A stretch of DNA of 63,858 nucleotides, filler included, from Stramenopiles sp. TOSAG23-3 (GCA_900128585.1; 6 parts of 6 records of this genome joined end to end with filler, not necessarily neighbours in it), one strand, 5' to 3'. Counted from the first letter of the whole stretch, positions 12,323 to 23,064 are shown. The notes: a model not told the origin generated them from the sequence alone. Translations and numbers: made by a program.

Positions 12323-12984
12323 CATTACGAGGAATCGTAGGCTCTTCTAGAAAAAAAGAAAGATCCAACAAGGGAACTGGAAAAAGCAGCAGTGTTGTAT
12401 AATATAATAAAATATCAGCTCAGCTCAGCTCATATATAGACTCCTCGTAGCATATATACGTATTAATAGTGGACTTTTGGACTTTTGTTTGTTTGTTGTG
12501 ATATTTTAAGTTAGATAAAATTTATGAACTGAGTACTCTCGTAATAGAGATTACCGTACCATAGTCCATAGTCCATAGTCAATAGTCAATAGTCGTCCAG
12601 CTAACTAGATTAGATTAGTCTAAAATAATACGATTAGGACGGACATGTCCCATATTATCACCTGTATTTCTTTTATTATTATTAGTCTGTTGTACGTACT
12701 TGGTAGTCTATATACTCCTAAGAAGAAGAATATCGACCAAGCGCCTTTCCTCGTCCGTTCTTGTTTCCAATTGTTTCCATTCTTTGTATTTGCAACCTCG
12801 GGCAAGTCCAAGGACTGCATCAGACAAAACAAATAAAGGTGTAAAATTTTGTTCGGCAGACGATTATACGTTGAAATTCAGCTAAACCAGCAACTAGAAA
12901 GTATCGTCTTGCAAAAAACGCACTTATAGCTTTTTTCCAAAACACCGCTCAAGGAAGCTAGACAGGGGAAGTAGAAGAGTAAAA

Positions 12985-14967
12985 ATGGTGGATATGAGAA
13001 TATTTCTCCAGTCCGTTTGCCTATCCCTCGCTGCATTATCCTTCTTCTTGTCAACAGCTCAAGCCGTACTTCGTGCTGTTCCAAGGGTCGACAAGAACGC
13101 TGTAGCCCTCGTTACAAACGCACCTCGGCAAGTGTTTGATCCCAGGCTCATCCAGGCAAGAAACTGGGGGGCGGACAGGTGCGGGATGGGGCAATCTACT
13201 GGGAAAACTGGGTGTTGCCATGGCTTCTTCGACGATAAGAAGATCGAGAATAACAATCAATTACCCACATACGGAAGCCGGAAAGCCTGCCCTGTAAACA
13301 TGGCAGGATTTATTAGCTTTCCCAAGCCGAAAGGTGCTGGGACCGACAAAGGAACTATATACGACCTGGAAAATGCTGACCACGAGGTTATCATCTCGAC
13401 TTTCTCGACTTTTGGATCTCCTGCCTTTACAATGGCTTACCAGACAGACAGCAGGAAATTGAAGAAGAACCAAGACACGTACCCTGAAGGAAGTGGGTGG
13501 TGGACACGCTCCACCTTCTCTTCCACAGCACCATTTTCAAAGACCACCGCAGACTACAGGAAGTTGCGCATGTCGTTTGGGGAGACCGGCAAAGACGGGA
13601 CCGTAAAGAAAGATGAAATGGGAATAGATGAGACTTTGTACTGGATGACCCTTCAGATCGAGGAAATCGTCGAGTTCGAGGGGGACGCAGGTAACAACGA
13701 CGGAAAATTTTCAGAACTGTCCAGGACCAGAAACTGTGAGAGCAGGACCGAAGACGAAAAAAAGCGGGGCTTACAATGCGTCCACCAAATCGTGAAGTTG
13801 GGGGCACAGAATTGGAAAGCAGGAAAAATCGAGAAGCCCAGCAATCTTAGTGACACAAGAGTGTCGTACTCTGTGAGCACAGCGGTACCAACGAATTCGC
13901 AAACATCGGTAATACCAGAAGATGGTGTCACGATTACGATGGAAGCGAACGGCGACAGCGATCCCAAAACTTTAGCAGCGAGTAAATCAGATTTAGGGGT
14001 CAACGGACAAGGCCAGCGAGGGCTATTTGTGACTCCTAATTCCACGAGGCTAACAATCTCGGTAAAGAACTTTAAGTACAAGGGGACAGTATCAAAACTA
14101 GCGTTAAAGGTTTTTTTTGGAACAGACGGGGCGCACGACCGAAAAGTCTTGTACGCAGAGCAGCAATCAATTTTAGTAAGCAAGCAAGGCGCAGGGCGCA
14201 GGATGGGGTACATTCAATGGTCTCAGGAGGCGTCTGTCAAGGAGACGAAAGAAAGCGAACGAAAGCTTTCCAACGTCAAACCAAGTTGTTACACGTACAA
14301 GACAACCGTTGGGAACGGGAAAGGCGACAGCAGGCAACAGTGTGGCCGCCTGAGCAAGGTTCTCTCCATACGAAACCTTGCTTTTGGGCAAGCAAAGGCG
14401 CAAGTCGTCAGTTTTCCCGCGCAGGCAACTGCGTCTGCATATTTCACGCTAGGGTCGAAACTGGACGGTCAGCCACTGTACAACCCTCAGTCAGTGCAGT
14501 GGAACCTTGCCGTTGGCATAGGGGAAGTACCCGCGGAAGCAGAGGTCAGTAACATGTTTGTTTGGATCCTGCTCTCAATTCTATTCACTGGAATAGTGGG
14601 ATGCGCGATGAAAAGACGGGAAGAAAGAAAGAAGGAAAAAGCGGCCCTTTTGTTGGAGTCCAATAGATTTACAGATATTTTAGAAGAGGCGTTTGAACCG
14701 GAGAAGGCTGTGGTGCAGGAAAGCAAAGAAGAAGCTGCTAAGAAACGGAAAGGCGTAGAGGCGCGTCTCAGTCATCTCCAAAGCACATCTTCAGTAGAAG
14801 CGGACAACGTTCACGTGCATGCAGTAGAGGGCGACCTAGTGGACAACTTTCGAGAGTGGTGGAATGATAATGAAAAAGAGGCGATGGCAACAAAAGTGGA
14901 TTCTCCGGCGAACGCCGACGAAAACGCTACCGCAAGCACAGGGTTGCTGGCAAAGAAGGACGAGTAG
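12985..14967 (+). CDS. Uncharacterised type-I membrane protein (signal peptide, ~500-aa ectodomain, one TM, acidic tail)
   Basis: 660-aa ORF with a hydrophobic N-terminus (IFLQSVCLSLAALSFFLSTAQA) and TM MFVWILLSILFTGIVGCAM followed by KRR. Confidence 0.75.
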   Translation: MVDMRIFLQSVCLSLAALSFFLSTAQAVLRAVPRVDKNAVALVTNAPRQVFDPRLIQARNWGADRCGMGQSTGKTGCCHGFFDDKKIENNNQLPTYGSRKACPVNMAGFISFPKPKGAGTDKGTIYDLENADHEVIISTFSTFGSPAFTMAYQTDSRKLKKNQDTYPEGSGWWTRSTFSSTAPFSKTTADYRKLRMSFGETGKDGTVKKDEMGIDETLYWMTLQIEEIVEFEGDAGNNDGKFSELSRTRNCESRTEDEKKRGLQCVHQIVKLGAQNWKAGKIEKPSNLSDTRVSYSVSTAVPTNSQTSVIPEDGVTITMEANGDSDPKTLAASKSDLGVNGQGQRGLFVTPNSTRLTISVKNFKYKGTVSKLALKVFFGTDGAHDRKVLYAEQQSILVSKQGAGRRMGYIQWSQEASVKETKESERKLSNVKPSCYTYKTTVGNGKGDSRQQCGRLSKVLSIRNLAFGQAKAQVVSFPAQATASAYFTLGSKLDGQPLYNPQSVQWNLAVGIGEVPAEAEVSNMFVWILLSILFTGIVGCAMKRREERKKEKAALLLESNRFTDILEEAFEPEKAVVQESKEEAAKKRKGVEARLSHLQSTSSVEADNVHVHAVEGDLVDNFREWWNDNEKEAMATKVDSPANADENATASTGLLAKKDE

Positions 14968-15139
14968 ACGCAAGGGTAGCCCACCCAATGCAAAATTAAC
15001 GCAATAAGAATTACGTATAATACAAATTACCTTAACCATGATCTTTGCCAAACATGTAATAGCTTTAACCGTGCAGTGAAATGCAGTTCCGAAACATTGT
15101 TTGATTTTAAAACCAAAACCACACATCCTACTTCCTCGA

Positions 15140-15397
15140 CTACTTTTGTTGTTGCTGCTGCTGCTCGCGCATCATACTCATATTAATTTCTGCAAACCGC
15201 ATGCCTACTCTTTTCTGATGCGCTAAAAACTTTTTCCCACACTTATCGATACATGCTTCCTCCTTTTCGTTAAGTTCTTTGTCGTAAAAATCCTTGCAGC
15301 ACCCGATGAAGCAGGTCTGGGTCATTTCATTGAACAGGTTCAGACTCTCTTTCATCATACTCTTCTGCATCGCTACGCTATTCTGTGACGGGTCCAT
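15140..15397 (-). CDS. TIM9: Mitochondrial small Tim chaperone (Tim9-like)
   Basis: Twin CX3C motif CFIGC...CIDKC with LFNEMTQTCF and KFLAHQKRVGMRFAE. ATG at 15397 chosen over the upstream AT-rich extension. Confidence 0.85.
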   Translation of the reverse strand: MDPSQNSVAMQKSMMKESLNLFNEMTQTCFIGCCKDFYDKELNEKEEACIDKCGKKFLAHQKRVGMRFAEINMSMMREQQQQQQK

Positions 15398-16120
15398 GTT
15401 GTCCCACTTTCTCTTCTTGTTTTCGTTTCTTCTATGCAATAGTCTCTCAATGAACTGTTTACTCCTGAAAATGAGAAAATATAGAAACAGCCTGTCAACG
15501 AAATTTATTCTTCTCCTTCGTGAAGATATCTCTAGTCCTATACGATATGTCATCAGATAGATAAATGCACTCCGTTTGAGAATGCAAGTTTAAAAAAAGA
15601 AGAAGAAGAAAAAAAAAAAATAGAAAAAAGAAAAAAAAAAGAAGATGAAGAAGGAAGAGGATTTTTTTTCAGGGTACGGTACTACCTGTACCAGGTAGTT
15701 CAGTTTTTATACTGTTAAAGTGTATAAATATACTATCAGGTAATAGCAAAGGCTCTATTCTATATCCTGCCGTGCGGTGTGCCGTGCCGTGCGCCTCACC
15801 TCCCGCCGTGCGTTCATATATAGTTTAAATAGGTAAATATACATTCATTTAACTATTCATTATCATAGACTAATATTTTATAATAATGAAAAGAGAATGT
15901 AATATGGATGGTCAGCGTCGAATGAGGACGATTTAAAAAGAAAGAAAAGAACAACCAGAAATCACAGAATTATTTATTATTACTATGGTGTATAGAGTTA
16001 GATTATAAAAGTACAATATTATTGTATTCTAATTATTATTATATATAGGAAATAATAATAAATTTAATTTATTTAGTTTTGATGATGATGATATGATGAA
16101 TGTGCGAAGAAAGAAAAAAA

Positions 16121-16163
16121 GAAGAAGAAGAAGAAGAAGAAGAAGAAGAAGAAGAAGAAGAAG
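16121..16163 (+). repeat. (GAA)n microsatellite
   Basis: About 14 consecutive GAA units. Confidence 0.95.
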
Positions 16164-16428
16164 GAAGGAGGTAGGTGACATTTTATAATTATGGAGCTTA
16201 TGACACGAACCAGAATGAGTTGTTTCATTGCATTTTTTATGATGATAGATATTCAGAAATTAGATCGATATGTGTCTATGTATCCCGATAAATGTATTGA
16301 AAACGTTCAAAACATATTGCATTGGTAAAAAGAAGCGTTGTTTTGATTCAGTGCTGTTGAAGCAAGACATAGTTAGCGTTTTTCAAACCAAGAGACTGCG
16401 CCCCCCCCCACACCCTTCGAACTGCAAA

Positions 16429-19122
16429 ATGGCTTCCCGACCTAGGCGTTATAGTGAAGATAACGTACCAGAAGAGGAAGACGAAGACATTGATAGCGAT
16501 GAATTTGACTCAGAGCATGAAATAGAAAACGATGCTACCGTGCAAATCGACGAAGAACCGGATAGCGAGGACGATGGAAGCAGCGACAGCGGCGACGAGG
16601 AGGAGGACATACCCTCCGCCTCCGACGACGAGATGGACGAGGAGGAGCAAAAGCGTAGGAATGCCAAGCTTGCGCGAAGCGTCATGCGTATAACACAAGG
16701 AGATTCGAAGCAAACGGAAAACCAACAACACGACCTTCGCCCGGACTCTGATGCGGCACCACTCTCGTCGGGAGCCAGCGGCCAGCTACTGAGCGCCGAC
16801 GCACTTCTTGGAGCCCTTTCCGGCGGCGCCGGCTCAGGCGTAGAGCGTTTGAAAGAGAAAGCGGTCGAAGTTGACCTTGCAAAGAGCGCCGCTGCAGTGC
16901 CGCTGGCAAAAGTTATCACGGACCGCGAGAAGCGCAAACTAGGGTATGCGAAAACGAAAGAAGTTGCGCAGCAATGGATTCCCCTGGTCAAGGAGCATCG
17001 CGAGAAGGACCACATTTCTTATCCCCTCGCACCTTCCGCGCCACAAGGCCTTACCAACGCCTCCCTCACCGACAAGTTTCAAGCCACGAATGAGATGGAA
17101 AGCGCCGTGCAAGCGTTGTTGCAGGAGAGTGGCATGGACGAACGGGACGTTAGGAAAAAAGAAGACCAAGAACTGGAGCTTAATAAAGTTACAAAAGAAG
17201 AAATTCTGCAGCGGAGGGCCCAGATGGCGAAAATGAGGTCGGTCCTCTTCTACCAGGAGCAGAAGGCGAAGCGAATCAAGAAAATCAAGAGCAAAATGTA
17301 CCATAAAATTCGCAACAAGCAACTGGATAGGTTCAACAAAGTAGAGCGGGAGCGTCTGCGCAGCCTCGACCCAGAGCTCGCAAGAAAGTTAGACGAGGAA
17401 GATGCCAAAAAGTACGCCGAAGAACGGTTTACCCTGAGGCACCGAAACATGTCGAAGTGGGCAAAAAACGCGCTGAAGCGCGGGCAGATGCACAAAGACG
17501 GCACACGAGAAGCGGTAGAAGAATCGTTAAGGATAGGACAAGAGCTGAAGCGCAAGCAAAGAAGCGTTGGAAGCGACAGCGACGAAAGTAGCGACGAAGA
17601 GGGTTCAGAGGAGGACAGCGATAGCGACGATTACGAAGATGCCAACGGCCGCGCGAAATCGCAGACGAAAAAATTGCTGAAGAAGATTGGGCAGGACCAA
17701 GAGTCCAAAGCTGTGCCCAAGGGGATTATGGGGTTGAAATTTATGCAACGTGCGACTGATTCTCAAAAGAAAAAAGCGAGGGAAGACGCGGAGCTTCTGT
17801 TAAAGGAATTGGGGGGGGACGGCGAAGACGTGGCAGGAAATGGTTTTGGTAACGGAAGCACTCGGTCTGCCATGAAGTTTGGAAAAAGGCAGCTGGGGCA
17901 AGGGTTGGTGAACGGTGCAGCCAGAAGCGCAGAGGCACCGACAAAGGCTCGCGAGCGAATAAATAGTCTGGAAGGCAGCGACAGCGAAAGCGAAGGGGAA
18001 GAGGGCGCCGACACGAGTGCCCAAATGACCACTGAATCTGGGAAAGGTCGCCAAAACGGAGGCTCCACCACCCGTAAAGTGTCCCAGAAGTCCAAAGACA
18101 AAGCGAAGAGGTCGCTTAAAAAAGGGACGTTCCAAGTAGGCAAAGTGGCAATCTCCTCGGGCTTTTCTACGAAGATAGTTGGCAGCAGGGAAAGAAAGGG
18201 CAAAGATGGCAACACAGTTTCTTCAGTGATAAGCTGGGACGAGGGAAACTTGAAGCGCAATCCCGCAAAGCTGGTTGAGGCAGAGTTGAAGTCTGACGAT
18301 GCGTCTGAAGCGAATGGTGCCGTGGAGTCGAACGAAGCAGAGACGGGAAAAGGCAACGGAAAACCCAGACAAAGGTCGATTCAAAAATCGAAGGAGACAA
18401 GCAAGGGAAAAGAAGAGAACCCTTGGTTGGCAAAGCCGAACAAGTCGGTCGGGACGAAGAAGGGAAAAGGTTCATCCAAAGAACCGGTGGAGCTTGACAC
18501 GGCCGTCTTGGACACTGGAAGCAAGACAATTACCGAAGAGAACGAGAATGCTGAGCAAAAAGCGATCGTGCAGCTAGCTTTTGCGGGAGACAATGTCGAG
18601 GAGCAGTTTGAGAAAGAGAAGGCTGCAGAAGTCGAAGAGAGCACTGGAAAGCCTGAGGAGAAGGTAATGTCGGGATGGGGCAGCTGGGCAGGGATGGGTG
18701 CACCTGCAAAGAAAAAGTGGGCCAGCAAGAAGTACAACAAGAAAAAGAAGAAGCAGCAAGCTGAGAAAGACGCAGCCAAGGAAGCAAGAAGAGATGCAGA
18801 CTTGAAGCATGTAATTATTAACGAAAAACGAAACAAGCGAGCAGCGAAGTACAACGTTGAGGCCGTCCCTCACCCGTTCAAAAGCCGTGCACATTACGAA
18901 GCGTCCTTGCGCAACCCATTGGGGCCCGAGTGGAACACTACGGACGCACACTCTGCTCTCGTACGCCCCAAGGTGATCATTGACCATGGCGCCATCATCG
19001 ACCCTATAAAAATGAGCGAAAGTTACAAAAGAAAGTTACCGAACCTTCTGGAATCCTCGTTTAACACACACAGAAAGAAGCAGAGAATTATGAGGGCGAC
19101 GAGCCGGAAGTCGAAGTTTTGA
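16429..19122 (+). CDS. UTP14: U3 snoRNA-associated protein Utp14
   Basis: KAKRIKKIKSKMYHK, ERFTLRHRNMSKWAK, GWGSWAG, and VPHPF...YEASLRNPLGPEWNT motifs. Confidence 0.93.
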   Translation: MASRPRRYSEDNVPEEEDEDIDSDEFDSEHEIENDATVQIDEEPDSEDDGSSDSGDEEEDIPSASDDEMDEEEQKRRNAKLARSVMRITQGDSKQTENQQHDLRPDSDAAPLSSGASGQLLSADALLGALSGGAGSGVERLKEKAVEVDLAKSAAAVPLAKVITDREKRKLGYAKTKEVAQQWIPLVKEHREKDHISYPLAPSAPQGLTNASLTDKFQATNEMESAVQALLQESGMDERDVRKKEDQELELNKVTKEEILQRRAQMAKMRSVLFYQEQKAKRIKKIKSKMYHKIRNKQLDRFNKVERERLRSLDPELARKLDEEDAKKYAEERFTLRHRNMSKWAKNALKRGQMHKDGTREAVEESLRIGQELKRKQRSVGSDSDESSDEEGSEEDSDSDDYEDANGRAKSQTKKLLKKIGQDQESKAVPKGIMGLKFMQRATDSQKKKAREDAELLLKELGGDGEDVAGNGFGNGSTRSAMKFGKRQLGQGLVNGAARSAEAPTKARERINSLEGSDSESEGEEGADTSAQMTTESGKGRQNGGSTTRKVSQKSKDKAKRSLKKGTFQVGKVAISSGFSTKIVGSRERKGKDGNTVSSVISWDEGNLKRNPAKLVEAELKSDDASEANGAVESNEAETGKGNGKPRQRSIQKSKETSKGKEENPWLAKPNKSVGTKKGKGSSKEPVELDTAVLDTGSKTITEENENAEQKAIVQLAFAGDNVEEQFEKEKAAEVEESTGKPEEKVMSGWGSWAGMGAPAKKKWASKKYNKKKKKQQAEKDAAKEARRDADLKHVIINEKRNKRAAKYNVEAVPHPFKSRAHYEASLRNPLGPEWNTTDAHSALVRPKVIIDHGAIIDPIKMSESYKRKLPNLLESSFNTHRKKQRIMRATSRKSKF

Positions 19123-19228
19123 GTTTCCAATCCTGTCAAAAATGTCTCTTGTTACATTTCACATATATTTTATATCTTAAAAAATGATTCTGTTGCGATA
19201 CCAAATAAACTTATACAAAACATATAAC

Positions 19229-21148
19229 TTACATTCCCATGGCCTCCCTTTGTTTCTGCATCATTTCTTCGACAGAAATGTCCATGTTGACCGGTTCGCC
19301 TACAATCTTCTCGTACAGGTCCAAGATTTCCCGCGATTCGTACTCGAAGTGGCTGGTAGCATCGTACGACTTGGTGATGAATTGGCCCGTCTCTTCACCA
19401 CCATCTAATGGGGCGTATGTTTCCGTGATGCCATCGAAACGGCGCACTACGTTGCCCAACAGGTTGATCCCCACTTGAACCTCTTGCTGCGGATTGGACG
19501 TTTCTACTTCCGTAGACACGATCGCCAGGTAGAATCCTTCTGGGCAGACCTCCATGTCCTTTGACAGGACGGATACGAACACGTCGTGTTCCCGGCCTTT
19601 CAAGTGCATCGACGGAATAATGATTTGCGCAGAGGTGGCGTTTTCAGTGTTCGGGACTGGGTTGTTCATGACACAGACGGTTCGAATGACTTTCCCGGTG
19701 ACCTTCAAGGCCTCTTTCGGGAAGTACGATGGGTCACCAATAACAATAGGGGCTTTCGCAGCTTCGTCCCCGCATCGTACCCCGGTCACTTTTCCATTCG
19801 CATCTTTCAAAACTTCGTCCACGTTCTTTCGCAGCATGATCGTACTGCCGTACACGGCCGCCAGCCGGGCGAACCCTTCCGGCAAGTTTGACAAGCCGTA
19901 CTGAGGGTAAAGGTACGGAGAGTTTTGGCCGTAACGACCAACGGAGGTACCGTAGACTTTGACGGCTTCCATGGTCTCCAGGGCAGGGCGGAATTGGTAG
20001 GAGTCGTCGGTGTGGAGGGCCATCGCGTGGCCAATGAAGCATTGGCTATTTTCGTCGAGACCGAACTCTTTGTACAAGTCCTTCATCGTCATCTTGTTCA
20101 AGTCGTACTTTCCCGCTTGGGCGGGGGGTTTTTCTTTCAGTGGTTTCATGAACGTAATTGTAAGAGGGCGCTTGGAAGACTTGATCATGCTCAGCAGCTC
20201 TGGGTATGGCTTCCACAGTACGTCTTCACCGTTGAGTTTGCTAATGATATCTCCCACGTTGACGAGGCCGTCGCGCTGGACCTTTGCGTTTGGCAATTCC
20301 GGGTCTAACTCGTTGAACTTGACAACCTGCGTCGTGGTGCGCTTGCCGACTTGCCCAGTTGGAATGGCCTTGATCATTAACCCGAGGCTGCCCTCTCCGA
20401 ACTCGATGTCGACTTCCTCCGTGACAGCGGGGATGCCGTACCTGCCCTCCAGGGTAGAGAACGTGACGGCGAGCTTGTCCTTGTACATTTCGAGGATCTT
20501 GTCGACTTCCCCAACCTTTTCCGTGTTGTGGCGAGAGTAGTACTGGTACAAAATCTCTCGGATCTGAGCCGGGCTGCTCTTTTGCAGGGCAATCTCGGTG
20601 AGGCTTTTCTCCACCTTCTGGCTCTCGTACGACCCAAGGAATTGGGCGAACGACCGCAGGTACCGCTTTTGGAAGAACCCGACAAGCGACGTTCGCAGCG
20701 CCTCGGAGGGCGTTACGGGCACCTTGTAAATTTTGCCGGAGGTATACACGTACGACGATGCGACGCCCTGAAAGTCGATGTAGCGCGTAACACCTGTGTG
20801 CAGGAGCATTTTGACCAGTTTTCCGTTGGCAAGGATAAATTTGGGAATTAGGTCGACTAAATACCGGCGCGGTCGCCCCAGGGCCTTGGCTTGCTCGTCG
20901 TATTCCTGGCCAAAGTGCTTGCAAAGCGACTCCATGTCCAGGGACGCGCAGCCACCGCCGTAGTAATCGTTGCGGTCAATTTGCAAAACTTTTTTCCCCT
21001 TTACAGAAAGAAGTCCAGAAAGAACGCACTCTTTCATGCCCGTCCCGAGGATAATGACGTCGTACTCTCCGTCCGCCAGGGCAGTGTACTCTTTCCCGTT
21101 GACGGTCACTTTCGCAGGCGCCGGTTCGCCTTCAGCCAACGATGCCAT
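19229..21148 (-). CDS. GDI: Rab GDP-dissociation inhibitor with an internal helical-motif plus PDZ insertion
   Basis: YDVIILGTGMKECVLSGLLSVKGKKVLQIDRNDYYGG, VDLIPKF, SPYLYPQYGLSNLPEGFARLAAVYG, SYDATSHFE. 639 aa versus about 445 aa for canonical GDI. Confidence 0.95.
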   Translation of the reverse strand: MASLAEGEPAPAKVTVNGKEYTALADGEYDVIILGTGMKECVLSGLLSVKGKKVLQIDRNDYYGGGCASLDMESLCKHFGQEYDEQAKALGRPRRYLVDLIPKFILANGKLVKMLLHTGVTRYIDFQGVASSYVYTSGKIYKVPVTPSEALRTSLVGFFQKRYLRSFAQFLGSYESQKVEKSLTEIALQKSSPAQIREILYQYYSRHNTEKVGEVDKILEMYKDKLAVTFSTLEGRYGIPAVTEEVDIEFGEGSLGLMIKAIPTGQVGKRTTTQVVKFNELDPELPNAKVQRDGLVNVGDIISKLNGEDVLWKPYPELLSMIKSSKRPLTITFMKPLKEKPPAQAGKYDLNKMTMKDLYKEFGLDENSQCFIGHAMALHTDDSYQFRPALETMEAVKVYGTSVGRYGQNSPYLYPQYGLSNLPEGFARLAAVYGSTIMLRKNVDEVLKDANGKVTGVRCGDEAAKAPIVIGDPSYFPKEALKVTGKVIRTVCVMNNPVPNTENATSAQIIIPSMHLKGREHDVFVSVLSKDMEVCPEGFYLAIVSTEVETSNPQQEVQVGINLLGNVVRRFDGITETYAPLDGGEETGQFITKSYDATSHFEYESREILDLYEKIVGEPVNMDISVEEMMQKQREAMGM

Positions 21149-21286
21149 GATGATTGTTTTGTCAAAAGAAAAGAAAAATAAATAAAACGATTAATGAGTT
21201 TTACAATTTGTACGTCAATGATGTCCAAAGTGCGCAAATGCCATTCTTTTTTCTCCGAGACGAATACAATGTGTACAGTAATTACT

Positions 21287-21386
21287 NNNNNNNNNNNNNN
21301 NNNNNNNNNNNNNNNNNNNNNNNNNNNNNNTTAATTAATTAANNNNNNNNNNNNNNNNNNNNNNNNNNNNNNNNNNNNNNNNNNNN
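21287..21386. other. Artificial contig linker
   Basis: N44-TTAATTAATTAA-N44. Confidence 0.97.
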
Positions 21387-22018
21387 CCCAACGCTTCATC
21401 AAGCTCACTGTCCCACTCCTCGTATCTGCTGAGATACTCACGCAGCGTTTCAAGGCGTTCTTTTAGCTTAACACATGAATCTTTGCCAAATAAAGTTGCT
21501 ACTTTTTTATCCCACGTGTTATCACTCGCTACGTTAAAGTTGCTGACCTGAGTTTGGTTTAACTCTTGTATCATTTGATGATCTTGGAGCTGGTCTATTT
21601 CAGTATTCGCAGCCACTAAATAACGGTATATTGTGAGAAGTTCGCTTTCTGGGGAACAATCTTTGTGCCATTTCTGTAAGTCATAATCCCAAACGTCGGT
21701 TTCAGAAGCCCAAGGGGCGTGTAGAATATTCCTCGAAAATTTCAACTCAGACAACTGAGGTAGCGTCTTTTTAGAGTTCTCACGCTTCCACGAACTTGCG
21801 GGCAGTTTGTTATCAAGTGACTCCGAAAGACCAGCTTCACCGCTTAAGTCGGGAGATGAATTTCCTGCATTACTCACTAAATAATAACCTAGAGCTGCCG
21901 TCGCCACTGCTGCACCAACCATTAATTCTGTATTGTAGTTGTTTGATTTTCCCGGATCTTCGTCGTCGCTATCCAGCCCCGATTCTTCCCATTTTTGTTT
22001 CGAGTCGGAAAAAGCCAT
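21387..22018 (-). CDS. Uncharacterised single-pass membrane protein, 3'-partial (runs off contig)
   Basis: ATG at 22018, TM LMVGAAVATAALGYYLVS, frame open to the contig end. Confidence 0.6.
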
Positions 22019-22516
22019 CAGTTTTATACCAACAAATTAACTTCACGGTAACTTATAACTGAATAAATCTTGCGGTACCTTTTCGGTTACTTTAATTGGA
22101 ATACTGAGTCAACTATTGTACCGCTCCTCAAGAACGGGTTGACAACTGCTAGAAGAATTATTGCTAATGTAACATATACAATAAATAGCTTTTTTCAATC
22201 TTGCACATAAAAATTATTTCTTATTGTAATTGCCAAAAAAATAGAGGAGGAAAAAAGCAAGGGGGCATTTTTTTTCCTTCTTTTCGGTATGAAATTGTAC
22301 TTAATACATAGGATTTAGTATTCTCTTCCCTATGTTAAACCTGAACAGACTACTAAAAACACTGCTTTTCGATTGTCGATACAGAAGCTAAATGGTGTAA
22401 TAAAGCAGCCGCTCGAAGCTAGTATCCCACACATGTGTTTCGCAACGCTACAACCCTTGTAACGATGTGATTATGAACGGGCACAGCATCCTTTAAATAG
22501 TTGGTGCGCTATTTGA

Positions 22517-22649
22517 TGCTATTTAGTTGTAGATCCCCAAGTTTTCCAACAAAAAATATCCAAAAAATAATTTTTGGACAAACAAATATCCAAAATACTT
22601 GCTATTTACTTGTAGATCACACCAATTTTTCCAACAAAAAATATCCAAA
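22517..22649 (+). repeat. Two ~49-bp imperfect direct repeats separated by a palindrome
   Basis: tgctattta(g/c)ttgtagatc..ccaa.ttttccaacaaaaaatatccaaa at 22517-22564 and 22600-22649; palindrome tccaaaaa-ataa-tttttgga at about 22559-22579. Confidence 0.85.
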
Positions 22650-22804
22650 TAGTTAGTCTGGTATCGCATGCATAATGTCGTCGCCGTTCAAACGATTTTT
22701 CATCCGCCTAAGGTGGCCTATGTTATTTAATGCTATTTGCGATAATGATATTTATATATTTCAATATGGCGATCAATTGTATCTGTACCGGTACCCAGAA
22801 CGCC

Positions 22805-23064
22805 AGCAGCCGCGTAGCATTGGGCCGAGCTTGGGAATTCCAATTTCCAAAAACATTCCCAAGGTTTCAATGCTCTGCCCCTGCTTTCGGAATTTTTTCC
22901 TCCGTCCTCCTAGGCTCTGCTCCTAGTGGAAAATACCTTAAACAGTGACTGTACAAGGGCATTAGGGGGTGCTGGAACCCTATCAAAACGTCATAGTGTC
23001 TTCGTAAACGAGTACCAACAAGTCCGTCCGGCGGAAGGATGAAAGAGGACTTGGACCCCAGCAT
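22805..23064 (+). ncRNA. Candidate structured RNA or cis-element (multi-hairpin, possible pseudoknot) upstream of the large ORFan
   Basis: Complementary stems read by eye: agcag/ctgct, agcattg/caatgct, cttgggaat/attcccaag, ctagg/cctag, cctt/aagg with acag/ctgt, taggg/cccta, caagtcc/ggacttg, and loop tgctgg with downstream ccagca. No family recognised. Confidence 0.35.

Noticed and set aside
19554-21185. Many long overlapping ORFs on and opposite GDI (similar cases at UTP14, 40786-41805 and 60020-61321)
   Set aside because: Shadow ORFs arising from high GC3 or codon bias of the real genes; no protein-like features.
22962-22982. Telomerase RNA template or telomeric seed (TTAGGG, AACCCTA)
   Set aside because: Barely over one repeat unit; better explained as the two arms of a small hairpin.
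22940-23064. Hammerhead, HDV or twister ribozyme
   Set aside because: Core motifs such as CUGANGA with GAAA could not be placed in the right topology; kept only as generic structure.
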